Source of the DNA: Candidatus Ornithoclostridium excrementipullorum | GTDB taxonomy: Bacteria; Bacillota; Clostridia; Christensenellales; UBA3700 | NCBI GenBank assembly: GCA_018716085.1 | Contig: DVKK01000057.1 | Coordinates: 14,570-78,569, forward strand | Direction: 5' to 3' | DNA: 64,000 bases | Part shown: positions 45,020 to 53,705 of the stretch, piece by piece | Layout: the number at the start of each line of letters is the position of its first letter | Numbering within the stretch: position 1 is the stretch's first letter | Notes under the pieces: model-generated | Seen by the model: only the letters and a program-made list of their open reading frames with translations | Told to the model about the DNA's origin: nothing | The model's database searches: none | Program-made: the position numbers and the translations under genes

Positions 45020-45505
45020 ATGGATAAGGACAACGAGAAGATATTGCGGATACTCAAAGAGGACAGCCGTTTTTCCGCGGCGCAGATAGCCGCCGCGACG
45101 GGCATAGCCGAAGCGGAAGTGAAAAGACGGATCGCCGCCATGGAAGAGGACGGAGCGATAGCGGGATACACAGTGCTCACCGATATCGAAAAGACCGACG
45201 AGGACGCGGTCGTCGCGTTGATAGAGGTAAAGGTCACGCCGATGATGAGCGCGGGCTTCGATTCGATCGCGCGCAGCATCTGCCGTCACGAAGAGGTAAA
45301 AGACCTCTATCTAATGAGCGGAAGTTACGACCTTGCGCTCATCGTAGAGGGCCGCAATCTGCGCGAGGTGTCGCGCTTCGTGTCCGAGAAGCTGTCCGTT
45401 CTCAAAGACGTCACGTCCACGTCCACGCATTTCATACTCAAAAAGTATAAGAACGAAGGCGTGATAATGGACAGAGCGGAAGAGAAAAGAGAAGAACTGG
45501 TATGA
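45020..45505 (+). CDS. Lrp/AsnC family transcriptional regulator
   Basis: N-terminal HTH (ILRILKEDSRFSAAQIAAATGIAEAEVKRRI) followed by an AsnC-type ligand-binding domain. Confidence 0.8.
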   Translation: MDKDNEKILRILKEDSRFSAAQIAAATGIAEAEVKRRIAAMEEDGAIAGYTVLTDIEKTDEDAVVALIEVKVTPMMSAGFDSIARSICRHEEVKDLYLMSGSYDLALIVEGRNLREVSRFVSEKLSVLKDVTSTSTHFILKKYKNEGVIMDRAEEKREELV

Positions 45506-46710
45506 ATTACGACAGGTATTTTACCGATACGGTCAAAAAGATCAAGCCGTCGGGGATAAGAAAGTTTTTCGACGCCGCCGCCATATACAAAGACGTGGTA
45601 TCGCTCGGCGTGGGCGAGCCGGATTTCGACACGCCGTGGACGGCGCGCGAAGCCGCGATCCGCAGCATAAGGAGCGGATTTACCCATTACACCGCCAACA
45701 GCGGACTGCTCAAACTGCGCGAGGCGATCTCCGAGTACATGAAGCGCCGTTTCGGTCTTGAATACGACCCGAAAGACGAAGTGGTCGTCACGGTAGGCGC
45801 GAGCGAGCCTATCTATCTGATGCTGCGTACTTTCGTCGGCGAGGGCGACGAAGTCGTCGTCCCCGATCCGTCTTACGTTTCTTACGCTCCGAGCGTAGAG
45901 TTGTGCGGCGGCAGAGCGGTGCCCGTAGGCTGTAAGGCGGAAAATTCCTTTGCGCTCGAACCCGAGGCTCTGGAAGCCGCGATCACCGACAGGACCAAGG
46001 TGCTGATCCTGCCGTATCCGAACAATCCCACCGGCGCCATCATGACCAAGCGGCAGCTCGAAGCCGTCGCCGACGTGGTGAAAAGACACGATCTGTTCGT
46101 ATTGTCGGACGAGATATATGCCGAACTCACTTACGGGGACGAAAGACACGTGAGCATAGCTTCGGTTGACGGAATGCGCGAGCGCACAGTCGTTATCAAC
46201 GGTTTCAGCAAGGCGTTCGCGATGACCGGTTGGCGGCTGGGCTATGTCTGCGCTCCGCGCGAGGTCGAAAAGCAGATACTCAAACTGCATCAGTACGTGA
46301 TCATGTGCGCTCCGACGAGCGCGCAGTACGCGGGATTGCAGATGTTGAAGACCTGCTTCGAGGACGACTTCGCTTCCGTGGAGGAGATGAGGGAAGAATA
46401 CGACGTGCGCCGCCGTTTTCTCGTGAACAGGCTCAACGGCATGGGGCTGGATTGTTTCGAACCGAAGGGCGCGTTTTACGTATTCCCGTGCGTACGGTCG
46501 ACGGGCATGGACGGAGAGGAGTTTGCCGAAAAGCTGCTCGGCAGCAAAAAAGTCGCCGTCGTGCCGGGCGGAGCGTTCGGGGAGAGCGGAAAAGATTTCG
46601 TCAGGATAAGTTACGCGTATTCGCTGTCCGATCTTAAAAAGGCGATGGACAGGATAGAGGAGTTCGTCGGAGAGATACGCGCCGAACGTGCGAAGAACGC
46701 CGACATCTGA
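45502..46710 (+). CDS. PLP-dependent aminotransferase, class I/II
   Basis: Y....G...LR, and the SKAFAMTGWRLGY Lys motif. Overlaps the stop of the Lrp gene. Confidence 0.85.
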   Translation: MNYDRYFTDTVKKIKPSGIRKFFDAAAIYKDVVSLGVGEPDFDTPWTAREAAIRSIRSGFTHYTANSGLLKLREAISEYMKRRFGLEYDPKDEVVVTVGASEPIYLMLRTFVGEGDEVVVPDPSYVSYAPSVELCGGRAVPVGCKAENSFALEPEALEAAITDRTKVLILPYPNNPTGAIMTKRQLEAVADVVKRHDLFVLSDEIYAELTYGDERHVSIASVDGMRERTVVINGFSKAFAMTGWRLGYVCAPREVEKQILKLHQYVIMCAPTSAQYAGLQMLKTCFEDDFASVEEMREEYDVRRRFLVNRLNGMGLDCFEPKGAFYVFPCVRSTGMDGEEFAEKLLGSKKVAVVPGGAFGESGKDFVRISYAYSLSDLKKAMDRIEEFVGEIRAERAKNADI

Positions 46711-46768
46711 CCTTGTTTTTCGGGATGAGAAAAAAGAAAAATTTTTTTGAAATTTTTCGAAAAAACAG

Positions 46769-46797
46769 TTGACAACCCGAAAGATCGATGATATAAT
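46769..46797 (+). promoter_or_regulatory. Consensus sigma-70 promoter with A/T-rich UP-like element, not followed by a credible CDS
   Basis: TTGACA (46769-46774), exactly 17 nt, TATAAT (46792-46797). About 40 nt of A/T runs precede it (46728-46768). Confidence 0.6.
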
Positions 46798-46803
46798 GCG
46801 ACT

Positions 46804-46887
46804 GTAAATCAAAGAGCTCATAATTTTCCCCCTTATCATATAAAGGAAGGGAGATGCTTACGAAAGTGAGTATCTCCCTTTCTTTTT
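46804..46887 (+). ncRNA. Candidate ~85-nt small RNA ending in a strong intrinsic terminator
   Basis: A C-rich tract UUUUCCCCCUU at 46824-46834. A 15-bp stem with GAAA loop (46847-46880) followed by TCTTTTT. The transcript would be convergent with the 3' end of birA. Confidence 0.4.
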
Positions 46888-47098
46888 GCCTGAAAACGAA
46901 TATTTTCAACAAAAACGGCATTTTCGCGGCATATTTACCGCTACGATCGGATCTGAGTAAGAGCTTTTTTCGGCGGGAAACGGAAAATCGGGCGCCTGAG
47001 CGTCCGTAAGATAAAGATCGTCGTTATCAGCAGATTAAGAACATAAGAAAGCGGGATGGTCGACGCGATGCGTTCGCGCGCAGCGCAGGGCGAATCGG

Positions 47099-48076
47099 TC
47101 AAAGAGGGCGTACGGAAATCTCTTCGCCTTTGAGAGCGCGTACGATACCGCCGTCCGTTTCCACGATCAGCGCGCCGTCGTCGCCCACCGTCTTTGCGAC
47201 GGCGGTCTCGGGCGCTCCTTCGTAGACGTAACTTACGCGCCTGCCTATGACGAAACAGCGGCTGCGGTATTCGTCGAGAAAAGCCGCGTTTTCCAGATCG
47301 GCTGACAGATCGAGCAATTCCGAAACGATATCCGCCACGAGTTCGTTGCGTTTGGGAGGGGCGCTTCCGTCGCCGTATATCGTACCCGCTATATTGCGGA
47401 GCTCTTCGGGGAAAGCGGACTGCGGCGTGGAATAGTTTATACCTATTCCCACTACCACGCTGCGAAGCGCGGCGGAAGAAAAGAAGTCCGTCTGAGCCTG
47501 CGCCGAGATGCCGCATATCTTTTTGCCGTTCAGGAACACGTCGTTGACCCACTTCACGGACGCGTCTATGCCCAACACGCGTTTCAGCGACCGCATTACG
47601 GCGACGGCGGCGGCGAGAGTGATCAGCGGCGCGCGTTCTATCCCGCTGCCGAGCCTGAGCACGATGCTGAAATATATCCCGCCGTCCGGCGAACAGAACG
47701 ACTTTCCGACTCGTCCCTGTCCCGCGGACTGCCTGACCGCCGCGACGACCGTGCCGTGCGGAGCGCCTTCGGACGCCGCCTGCTGGGCAAGGATATTGGT
47801 GGAGGATACCTCCTGCGCTACGGTGACGGGCAGAGAAGAATATCTTTCGGGCAGGCACGCGCGGATAGACGTCGCCGACAGCGCGTCGGTGTCCTCGGAC
47901 AAGGTATAGCCTCCTCCGCGGACCGCCTCTATGCGGCATCCGCCCGCGACGAGAGCTTTGACAGCCTTCCATACCGCGGCGCGCGTAACGCCCGTCTTTT
48001 CGGCGAGCTGTTCGCCCGAAAAGACTTTGCCTCTGTTGCGTTCCAATATCTGCAATATACGGGTTTTGGTGTCCAT
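47099..48076 (-). CDS. birA: Bifunctional biotin-protein ligase / biotin operon repressor
   Basis: N-terminal HTH (ILQILERNRGKVFSGEQLAEKTGVTRAAVWKAVKAL) and the ligase motif GQGRVGKSF. Confidence 0.9.
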   Translation of the reverse strand: MDTKTRILQILERNRGKVFSGEQLAEKTGVTRAAVWKAVKALVAGGCRIEAVRGGGYTLSEDTDALSATSIRACLPERYSSLPVTVAQEVSSTNILAQQAASEGAPHGTVVAAVRQSAGQGRVGKSFCSPDGGIYFSIVLRLGSGIERAPLITLAAAVAVMRSLKRVLGIDASVKWVNDVFLNGKKICGISAQAQTDFFSSAALRSVVVGIGINYSTPQSAFPEELRNIAGTIYGDGSAPPKRNELVADIVSELLDLSADLENAAFLDEYRSRCFVIGRRVSYVYEGAPETAVAKTVGDDGALIVETDGGIVRALKGEEISVRPL

Positions 48077-48149
48077 AGGTGTTCCTGTAATATATACGAT
48101 ATCCTATTAATATGTTATCGCGCGCGCGTATGCGGCGACGTACCGTATA

Positions 48150-48704
48150 TCATTCGTCGAAATCGTCGTAGTGAGTGCGGTATTCGGTATCGAACGTTTC
48201 TATAAAGCCCTTTGCCGCGCACATCAGTTCCTCTTTTCGAAAATCGCTGTCCGCTTTGGCAAGATCGACCGTAATGCCCAGCATCCTTTCTTTGAGCACG
48301 GAGTAGACGTCGTTGCCCGTGAGTTTATCGACAAACGCCACTGTCAGCAGGAATTCCCCTTTGAACGCTTCGAGCGCCGAATCTGCCAGCGAACAAGCCT
48401 GTTCTTTCGAAATATCGGCAAGGTCTTTCCATTCGATATCGAGAGGAAGAAGCAGGTCGCCGAAGTCGGTGAGAGTGCCGATGAAGAGCAGTTCCTCGGC
48501 GGAAGGTTCGCCGTCCGCGACGGCTATTTTGAGCAGGAATGCCTGCAAAGAAACGTCGAATTTTGCAAGAAACGCGTTTTCGTCCATCTCTTCCGCAAGT
48601 TCTTCCGCGTTCTTTTTCGCCACTTTGAACACGGCTTTGAGCAGCTCCACGCAATCCGCATAGTCGCCGCACGCGTCGGTAAAATGTTTAACGGGTGAGT
48701 CCAT
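48150..48704 (-). CDS. Hypothetical acidic cytoplasmic protein (weak TerB-like ADGxxxxEE pattern)
   Basis: 184 aa of plausible composition. The only resemblance is weak: IAVADGEPSAEELLFI. Confidence 0.5.
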   Translation of the reverse strand: MDSPVKHFTDACGDYADCVELLKAVFKVAKKNAEELAEEMDENAFLAKFDVSLQAFLLKIAVADGEPSAEELLFIGTLTDFGDLLLPLDIEWKDLADISKEQACSLADSALEAFKGEFLLTVAFVDKLTGNDVYSVLKERMLGITVDLAKADSDFRKEELMCAAKGFIETFDTEYRTHYDDFDE

Positions 48705-48871
48705 ATATACTCCTTATAAATATATGATATAGCCGCGGCGGGCTTATGTCAAGAATTATTCGGGGAAGACGGGGGTCCCCGACGCCGAGATACTTACGGA
48801 AAGAAACGTTTTCGGAGCGCGTTCGTGAGGCATAATCGAATACGGCGCGAAAAACAGAACTTGCGATATTG

Positions 48872-48900
48872 TTGCATTAGACTGCTCGGCGTGATAAAAT
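48872..48900 (+). promoter_or_regulatory. Promoter of the GPH transporter gene
   Basis: TTGCAT (48872-48877), 17 nt, TAAAAT (48895-48900). Confidence 0.45.
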
Positions 48901-48917
48901 AACTTGACGGCATTGAC

Positions 48918-50534
48918 ATGGAAAATACTGTAACCGGAAAAACCTATATAGGCAAGGTCGAAAAGACGGGATTCGTGTTCGCCGCGCTCGGACAGGGCGC
49001 GATGTACGCGATGATGACGTCCTGGCTCAATCGGTTCTATACCGACGTGCTGGGGCTGGAACTTCTTTTCGTCATGGGGCTTATGTGGGGCGCGAGGATC
49101 GTCTTCGCGCTCGGCGATCCGATAATGGGAGCGCTCGTTGACAGGACCCGCACCCGTTTCGGCAAGATGAGGCAGTATCTTCTGTTCTCGCCGTTCATAG
49201 TTTCCGTGCTCAGCGTGTTCCTTTTCGCGGATTTCGGTCTCGATATGACGGGAAAGATGATCTACGCCGCGGTGACGTACATCGTATGGGGTATAGCGTA
49301 TGCCATCTGCGACGTCCCGTTCTGGGGACTGCCGTACGCGATGACTCCCAACGTCGAAGAGAGGAACAAGTTCCTCTCGCTCGCCCGCACTCTCAACAGC
49401 ATAGGCGGCGCATTGCCGATAGCCGTCGTGGCGCTGCTGATATCGGACAGCATACTCGGGCTGCGAAACGGACTTCTGGCGGGCGCGATCATATTCGCGG
49501 CGGTAGCCGTGGTGCCTTTTTCACTCACCGCTTTTTATACCAGGGAGAGGATAGAACCTCAGAAAGAACGGCTTCCGGTCAAGGATTCGCTCGGGCTGAT
49601 GTTCAAATGCAAACCGCTCATCTTCGTCATGCTGTTCGGCGTGCTCAGTTTCGGCAGATACATGATACAGGCTTCCTACACTTATGCAGCGGATTATGTT
49701 TTCGATTACAACGAAACGGTGAGCGGATTTACGGCGTTCGTCTACGACTCGCGGCAGATATTCGGCGCGGCGCTCATAGGACTCGGAATGTTCCCGTCTA
49801 TGATACTCATGCCCAGACTGCTGCGCAGATTCGGTACGCGTACGCTTTCCATTGCCGCCGGCGTGGGATCGGGCGTCATATTGGGACTGTTCTATCTCGT
49901 CGGACGGCTGACCGATTACAACTTTTACGTTGCGATACCGTTTCTGTTCCTGGGAGGTATGCCTCTCGGACTGTATAATATCATAACTTTCTCGCTTGCG
50001 GGAGAGTGTATAGATTATATAGAGTATAAGTTCAGTATACGCTCGGAGGGCGTCGTGTCGTCGGCGATCTCTTTCGTGGGAAAGGTGGCGTCCGCGACGG
50101 CGGCGGGCGTGATACCGCTCGTGCTGGAGCTGTCCGATTACGTTCAGCCCGAGACCGTTGACGGAGTGACCGTGATAATGGAGCAGAGCGATTCGGCAAA
50201 GAACGCCATATTCATGCTCATGTCGGCTATCCCCGCGATAAGTCTTGCGCTGTCGGCGATCCCCATGGTCGCGTATTCGCTCGTCGGAAGAAAAAAGGCG
50301 GAGATGGAAAAGGTCCTCGAAGAGCAGCATATCGCAAAACTCGAAATGTCGGGAGCGCTCCCCGAAGGCGGGACAGAGGCGGACGCCGCGGCATTGTCCG
50401 ACGAAGCGTCCGATAAGTCGGGATCCGAAGCCGAAAACGCTCTTAACGAACACGGGCGGGAAGATCCTCCTCACGGACAAAGCGACGGAGAGGCGTCGGA
50501 GAGCACCCCGTCGCAAGGCGAAGACGGCGAATGA
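48918..50534 (+). CDS. Glycoside-pentoside-hexuronide (GPH/MFS) family sugar:cation symporter with acidic C-terminal tail
   Basis: About 12 TM segments. The N-terminus KTGFVFAALGQGAMYAMMTSWLNRFYTDVLG and D..M..LVDRT are typical of MelB/YicJ-like carriers. Confidence 0.75.
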   Translation: MENTVTGKTYIGKVEKTGFVFAALGQGAMYAMMTSWLNRFYTDVLGLELLFVMGLMWGARIVFALGDPIMGALVDRTRTRFGKMRQYLLFSPFIVSVLSVFLFADFGLDMTGKMIYAAVTYIVWGIAYAICDVPFWGLPYAMTPNVEERNKFLSLARTLNSIGGALPIAVVALLISDSILGLRNGLLAGAIIFAAVAVVPFSLTAFYTRERIEPQKERLPVKDSLGLMFKCKPLIFVMLFGVLSFGRYMIQASYTYAADYVFDYNETVSGFTAFVYDSRQIFGAALIGLGMFPSMILMPRLLRRFGTRTLSIAAGVGSGVILGLFYLVGRLTDYNFYVAIPFLFLGGMPLGLYNIITFSLAGECIDYIEYKFSIRSEGVVSSAISFVGKVASATAAGVIPLVLELSDYVQPETVDGVTVIMEQSDSAKNAIFMLMSAIPAISLALSAIPMVAYSLVGRKKAEMEKVLEEQHIAKLEMSGALPEGGTEADAAALSDEASDKSGSEAENALNEHGREDPPHGQSDGEASESTPSQGEDGE

Positions 50535-50541
50535 AAACGAA

Positions 50542-50565
50542 ACGGCGCGCCCTCGGGCGCGCCGT
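50542..50565 (-). terminator. GC hairpin terminator shared by the convergent transporter and TetR genes
   Basis: ACGGCGCGCC(c)-tc-(g)GGCGCGCCGT. The U-rich tail (TTTCGTTTTC) is on the minus-strand side. Confidence 0.6.
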
Positions 50566-50577
50566 CGTCGCAAAAAT

Positions 50578-51138
50578 TTATTTGACGTTGAAACCGCTCT
50601 TTATGTGCGTCGTAAGAGAGCGCAGCAGCAATTCCCTTTTGGACGGATTGCCTATGTCCTGCAGATTGTCGCATATCGTTTCCACAAGTCCGCTGATAAG
50701 AAAACAGACCGAGTATTCGAACATCGTTCTGTCGCGGTAGCGATACGAATTTTCGTGCAGTATCTTGTTTTCGAGCATACCTTTCAGACGGCGGCGGAAA
50801 TCGGAGTGGAAGTTGTTTTGCAGCAAACTCACGTAAAGTTCGAGATCGCCCGAAACGAAGTCGAAGATCTGTCTGAGGAACGGCTCGGGGTTGACCAGTA
50901 TGGTCGCATAATCGAATTTGTCCAGAACGTTCGATATGCTGGCGATGATCTCGTTGTGCACCTGGTCTATGACGTCCGTCGCGTCGTAGTAGTGCAGATA
51001 AAAAGTGGATCGGCTGACGTCGGCAAGCGAGCATATCTCGTTTATCGTCAGTTTGTTTATCGGCACGGTGTCGAGCAGCTTTACCGTCGCCTTTATAATG
51101 GCTCTCTGAGTCTTCCTTATCCGTCTGTCTTCGGGCAT
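50578..51138 (-). CDS. TetR/AcrR family transcriptional regulator
   Basis: RIRKTQRAIIKATVKLL....INKLTINEICSLADVSRSTFYLHY. Confidence 0.85.
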   Translation of the reverse strand: MPEDRRIRKTQRAIIKATVKLLDTVPINKLTINEICSLADVSRSTFYLHYYDATDVIDQVHNEIIASISNVLDKFDYATILVNPEPFLRQIFDFVSGDLELYVSLLQNNFHSDFRRRLKGMLENKILHENSYRYRDRTMFEYSVCFLISGLVETICDNLQDIGNPSKRELLLRSLTTHIKSGFNVK

Positions 51139-51156
51139 TTTCGGTCACCTCGTTTG

Positions 51157-51196
51157 ATATTGTACATAAGCGTGTTTTTATGTAGTATATTGTACA
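51157..51196. promoter_or_regulatory. Candidate TetR operator: two ATATTGTACA copies 30 bp apart
   Basis: ATATTGTACA occurs at 51157-51166 and 51187-51196, in the divergent TetR/DegV intergenic region. The TGTACA core is palindromic. Confidence 0.35.
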
Positions 51197-51317
51197 ATTT
51201 TTGCTCAAAGATGTAAAGAGATTTAATGCAAATTCGCAATCGGTAATCTATAATTATATTGAAAAAACAATATTTTCGGACAAACGTCCATTTTCGGACG
51301 TCCGGACGGAGGTAAGT

Positions 51318-52211
51318 ATGGTATATGTATTGACCGAAGCTACTGCCGATTTTCCCAAGCAGTGTTACAAAGAAGATTTTGCCGTAATGCCGATGCATTA
51401 CATGCTCGACGACGAAGATTTCGACGGCGTCGAGAAAAAGCTCTCCGCGGAGGAATTTTACAACAGGATGAAGGCTGGCGCCAAGTCCAATACTTCGATG
51501 ATAGACGAGGCGACCTTGCGCAAGTATATGGAGCCGCTCCTGCAACAGAAGAGAGAGATACTCTATATCGTGTTCTCGTCGGGACTTTCGGGTTCTTACG
51601 ATAACGCGGTCAGAGTCGTCGCCGATCTCAAAAAGGAATATCCCGGCTGCAAACTCGAGATCGTCGACAGCCGCAACGCGAGCATAGGAGAGGGATTGCT
51701 GGTGTGGTACGTTCTCGAAAAGAGAAGCGAGGGCGTCGGTTTCGACGAACTCGTCGAATACGCGCGCGGGCTCGTCGATCACGTCTGCTCGTATTTCACG
51801 GTGGACGACCTCAACCATCTCGCGAGATTGGGCAGAGTGACCAAGACGGCGGCGTTTATCGGTACGATCGCCAATATCAAGCCCGTGCTGTTCGTCAACA
51901 CTCCCGGAAAGCTGATCCCCATCGGGAAGGTGGTCTCGCGCAAGAAATCGCTGAAAGCGCTCGTGGATAAGATGGGCGAGAAGATGCTTCCCGCGTCCGA
52001 ACAACGCAGGATATTCATCGGACACGGTCTTTGCCGCGAAGACGCCGAATTCGTCAAGGGGCTTATAACCGAAAGATTCGGGATCGCCGCCGACAAGATA
52101 ATCATAGACGATATCGGACCGGTGATAGGCGCGCATACGTCCGCGGGCGTCGTGGCGCTGTTCTTCCTCGGTACGGACAAGGTGGAGAAAAACGATACTT
52201 CGGAGCAGTGA
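51318..52211 (+). CDS. DegV family fatty-acid-binding protein
   Basis: Start at MVYVLTEATADFP (GGAGG RBS). Contains ..S.GLSGSY and other DegV patterns. Confidence 0.8.
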   Translation: MVYVLTEATADFPKQCYKEDFAVMPMHYMLDDEDFDGVEKKLSAEEFYNRMKAGAKSNTSMIDEATLRKYMEPLLQQKREILYIVFSSGLSGSYDNAVRVVADLKKEYPGCKLEIVDSRNASIGEGLLVWYVLEKRSEGVGFDELVEYARGLVDHVCSYFTVDDLNHLARLGRVTKTAAFIGTIANIKPVLFVNTPGKLIPIGKVVSRKKSLKALVDKMGEKMLPASEQRRIFIGHGLCREDAEFVKGLITERFGIAADKIIIDDIGPVIGAHTSAGVVALFFLGTDKVEKNDTSEQ

Positions 52212-52253
52212 TCCAAATGGCGCGCTGCGTCGTAATATAACTTTCCTGAGAAG

Positions 52254-52286
52254 AGGGAGAGCCGTCAAAGGCTCTCCCTGCTTTTT
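52254..52286 (+). terminator. DegV terminator
   Basis: AGGGAGAGCC-gtcaaa-GGCTCTCCCT followed by GCTTTTT. Confidence 0.8.
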
Positions 52287-52311
52287 CGGGCATATGCGAT
52301 GAATGAGCGTG

Positions 52312-52335
52312 AAAAAAGCGACGGGTCTCCGCCGC
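52312..52335 (-). terminator. queT terminator
   Basis: On the minus strand: GCGGCGG-agac-CCGTCGC followed by TTTTTT. Confidence 0.6.
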
Positions 52336-52351
52336 TTTTGCGCGATCGTGT

Positions 52352-52963
52352 TTACAGATCGCCTTTACCGTCGTCTTGCGTACGGGACGCGTTTCCGTCC
52401 TCGGACAGGGACGTCGTATCGTGCGCCGATCCCTGCTCGGACGCCGTCGCGGTCTGCCTGCGCATTCCGAAACGGTTCAGATAAGCCTTCGCGGCGACGG
52501 TGAGAGGTACGCCGAGAGGATAGATCACGATGGATTGCGAGGCGATCAGAAACGCTACGTTGAGCATATATACGTATTCCTGCTGTCCGTATGCGAGCCG
52601 CCATATCCCGGGCAGAAGAAAGGCGTTGAGCAAGACCGGGAACAGACCTCCCACGAACAGCGACAGTTTGAAATTCCTGACCGTTTTTCCGACGAGCAGG
52701 GTGAGCGCTGCCGCCGCGAGAGTGACCAGACTGCCCAGGATTATGTCCAGAATGGCGCCTCCCGCCAGCCAGTTGGCGATAAGGCATCCGATAAACAGAG
52801 CGGGGACCGCTTCGGGGAATACGAGCGGAAGCATCGTCAAAGCTTCCGACGGACGGAATTGGATCTCGGAGATCGCCACGGAAGCCGTGACGTAGGTGAG
52901 CGCTACGTAGAGCGCCGCGAAAACGCCCGCGCGGCAGAGCCGCACGACATGTTGCCTCTTCAT
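52352..52963 (-). CDS. queT: Queuosine-precursor transporter QueT (ECF S-component type) with acidic C-terminal tail
   Basis: Start at MKRQHVVRLCRAGVFAALYVALTYV (ATG at 52961-52963). About 5-6 TM segments. A preQ1-I-like element lies directly upstream. Confidence 0.7.
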   Translation of the reverse strand: MKRQHVVRLCRAGVFAALYVALTYVTASVAISEIQFRPSEALTMLPLVFPEAVPALFIGCLIANWLAGGAILDIILGSLVTLAAAALTLLVGKTVRNFKLSLFVGGLFPVLLNAFLLPGIWRLAYGQQEYVYMLNVAFLIASQSIVIYPLGVPLTVAAKAYLNRFGMRRQTATASEQGSAHDTTSLSEDGNASRTQDDGKGDL

Positions 52964-52971
52964 AAAATGTA

Positions 52972-53012
52972 CCTCGGTTTTTTTATTCGGAAGTGTTTGC
53001 CGAAAACCTTCC
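52972..53012 (-). promoter_or_regulatory. preQ1 class I-like riboswitch (translational, masks the SD)
   Basis: On the minus strand: GGAAG-GUUUUCGGCAAACA-CUUCC-GAAUAAAAAAACCGAGG. That is a 5-bp P1, a loop with UUC...ACA, and an A-rich tail. The tail CCGA can pair with loop UCGG (pseudoknot) and abuts the GAGG SD. Compare B. subtilis AGAGG-UUCUAGCUACAC-CCUCU-AUAAAAAACUAAGG. Confidence 0.6.
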
Positions 53013-53018
53013 TTGCCA

Positions 53019-53047
53019 AGGATATCACATCGTATCGGGAATTGCAA
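53019..53047 (-). promoter_or_regulatory. queT promoter
   Basis: On the minus strand: TTGCAA (53042-53047), 17 nt, TATCCT (53019-53024). The predicted TSS coincides with the 5' end of the riboswitch. Confidence 0.45.
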
Positions 53048-53153
53048 CAAAACGTCGTCGGTTTTTGCGGCGGGAGCGTTTCCGCGCGGCGGAAAAAGCC
53101 TCGATCATAAGGTAAAATCAATGTAAACATTGCGCGGCGGGGCGGTTTTAATA

Positions 53154-53182
53154 TGGACACCGCGGCGGCGCTGTGTTATACT
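53154..53182 (+). promoter_or_regulatory. Promoter of the SCP2-like / ADH-like / queH operon
   Basis: TGGACA (53154-53159), 17 nt, extended -10 TGtTATACT (53174-53182). The palindrome AATGT-aa-ACATT at 53120-53131 lies upstream. Confidence 0.45.
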
Positions 53183-53204
53183 GAGAACGGATCGGAGAAT
53201 AATC

Positions 53205-53705
53205 ATGAATGCGGAAAACAACAAGAAACTGAAAAACGCCGTGCTGTCTTTGCTCATCTACTATGTGGGCAGGGCGTGCAGGAGCTGTTACAAATACGAC
53301 GAAACGCTTGCCGCGACTTTCGGCGCGCTTCCCGACGGGTTCGTGTTCAGGATAGGCGCTTTGCCCGCCGGAGCAGGCCTTACCATACGCAAGGACGCCG
53401 ACGGGATAACCGTGCTCGACCGAAGCGACGCGCACGCTTCTCCCGATCTCGATATCCGTTTCAAAAACGTGGGGACCGCAAAGATGTTCTTCAACGGCTC
53501 CAAGTCGCTGGCGGCGTGTTTTTCCCAGTCGCAGACGGTGACGGAAGGCGACACTTCGCATATAATGACGCTGTCGCGCATATTCGACGCGGTAGCTTCT
53601 TATATTTTGACCAAAGGGATACTGAAACGCAACGGCAGAGAACTTCTGCCGCGCAGAGTCAGCGCGCACAAGATGCGTTTCAAGACGTTGATCGGGAGGA
53701 TATGA
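53205..53705 (+). CDS. Small SCP2-like (sterol/lipid-carrier fold-like) protein, function unknown
   Basis: 166 aa. The segment DLDIRFKNVGTAKMFFNGSKSLAACFSQSQTVTEGDTSHIMTLSRIF resembles the SCP2 pattern (..A...G.l...GD......l..lf). Its stop overlaps the next start. Confidence 0.45.
   Translation: MNAENNKKLKNAVLSLLIYYVGRACRSCYKYDETLAATFGALPDGFVFRIGALPAGAGLTIRKDADGITVLDRSDAHASPDLDIRFKNVGTAKMFFNGSKSLAACFSQSQTVTEGDTSHIMTLSRIFDAVASYILTKGILKRNGRELLPRRVSAHKMRFKTLIGRI

Noticed and set aside
46854-47009. A 51-codon ORF (MLTKVSISLSFCLKTNIF...) following the orphan consensus promoter.
   Set aside because: Its start codon lies inside the 15-bp terminator stem, and the U-tract falls at about codon 10. 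The peptide has no features and runs into the convergent birA 3' region. A small RNA is the simpler reading, though translation is not excluded.
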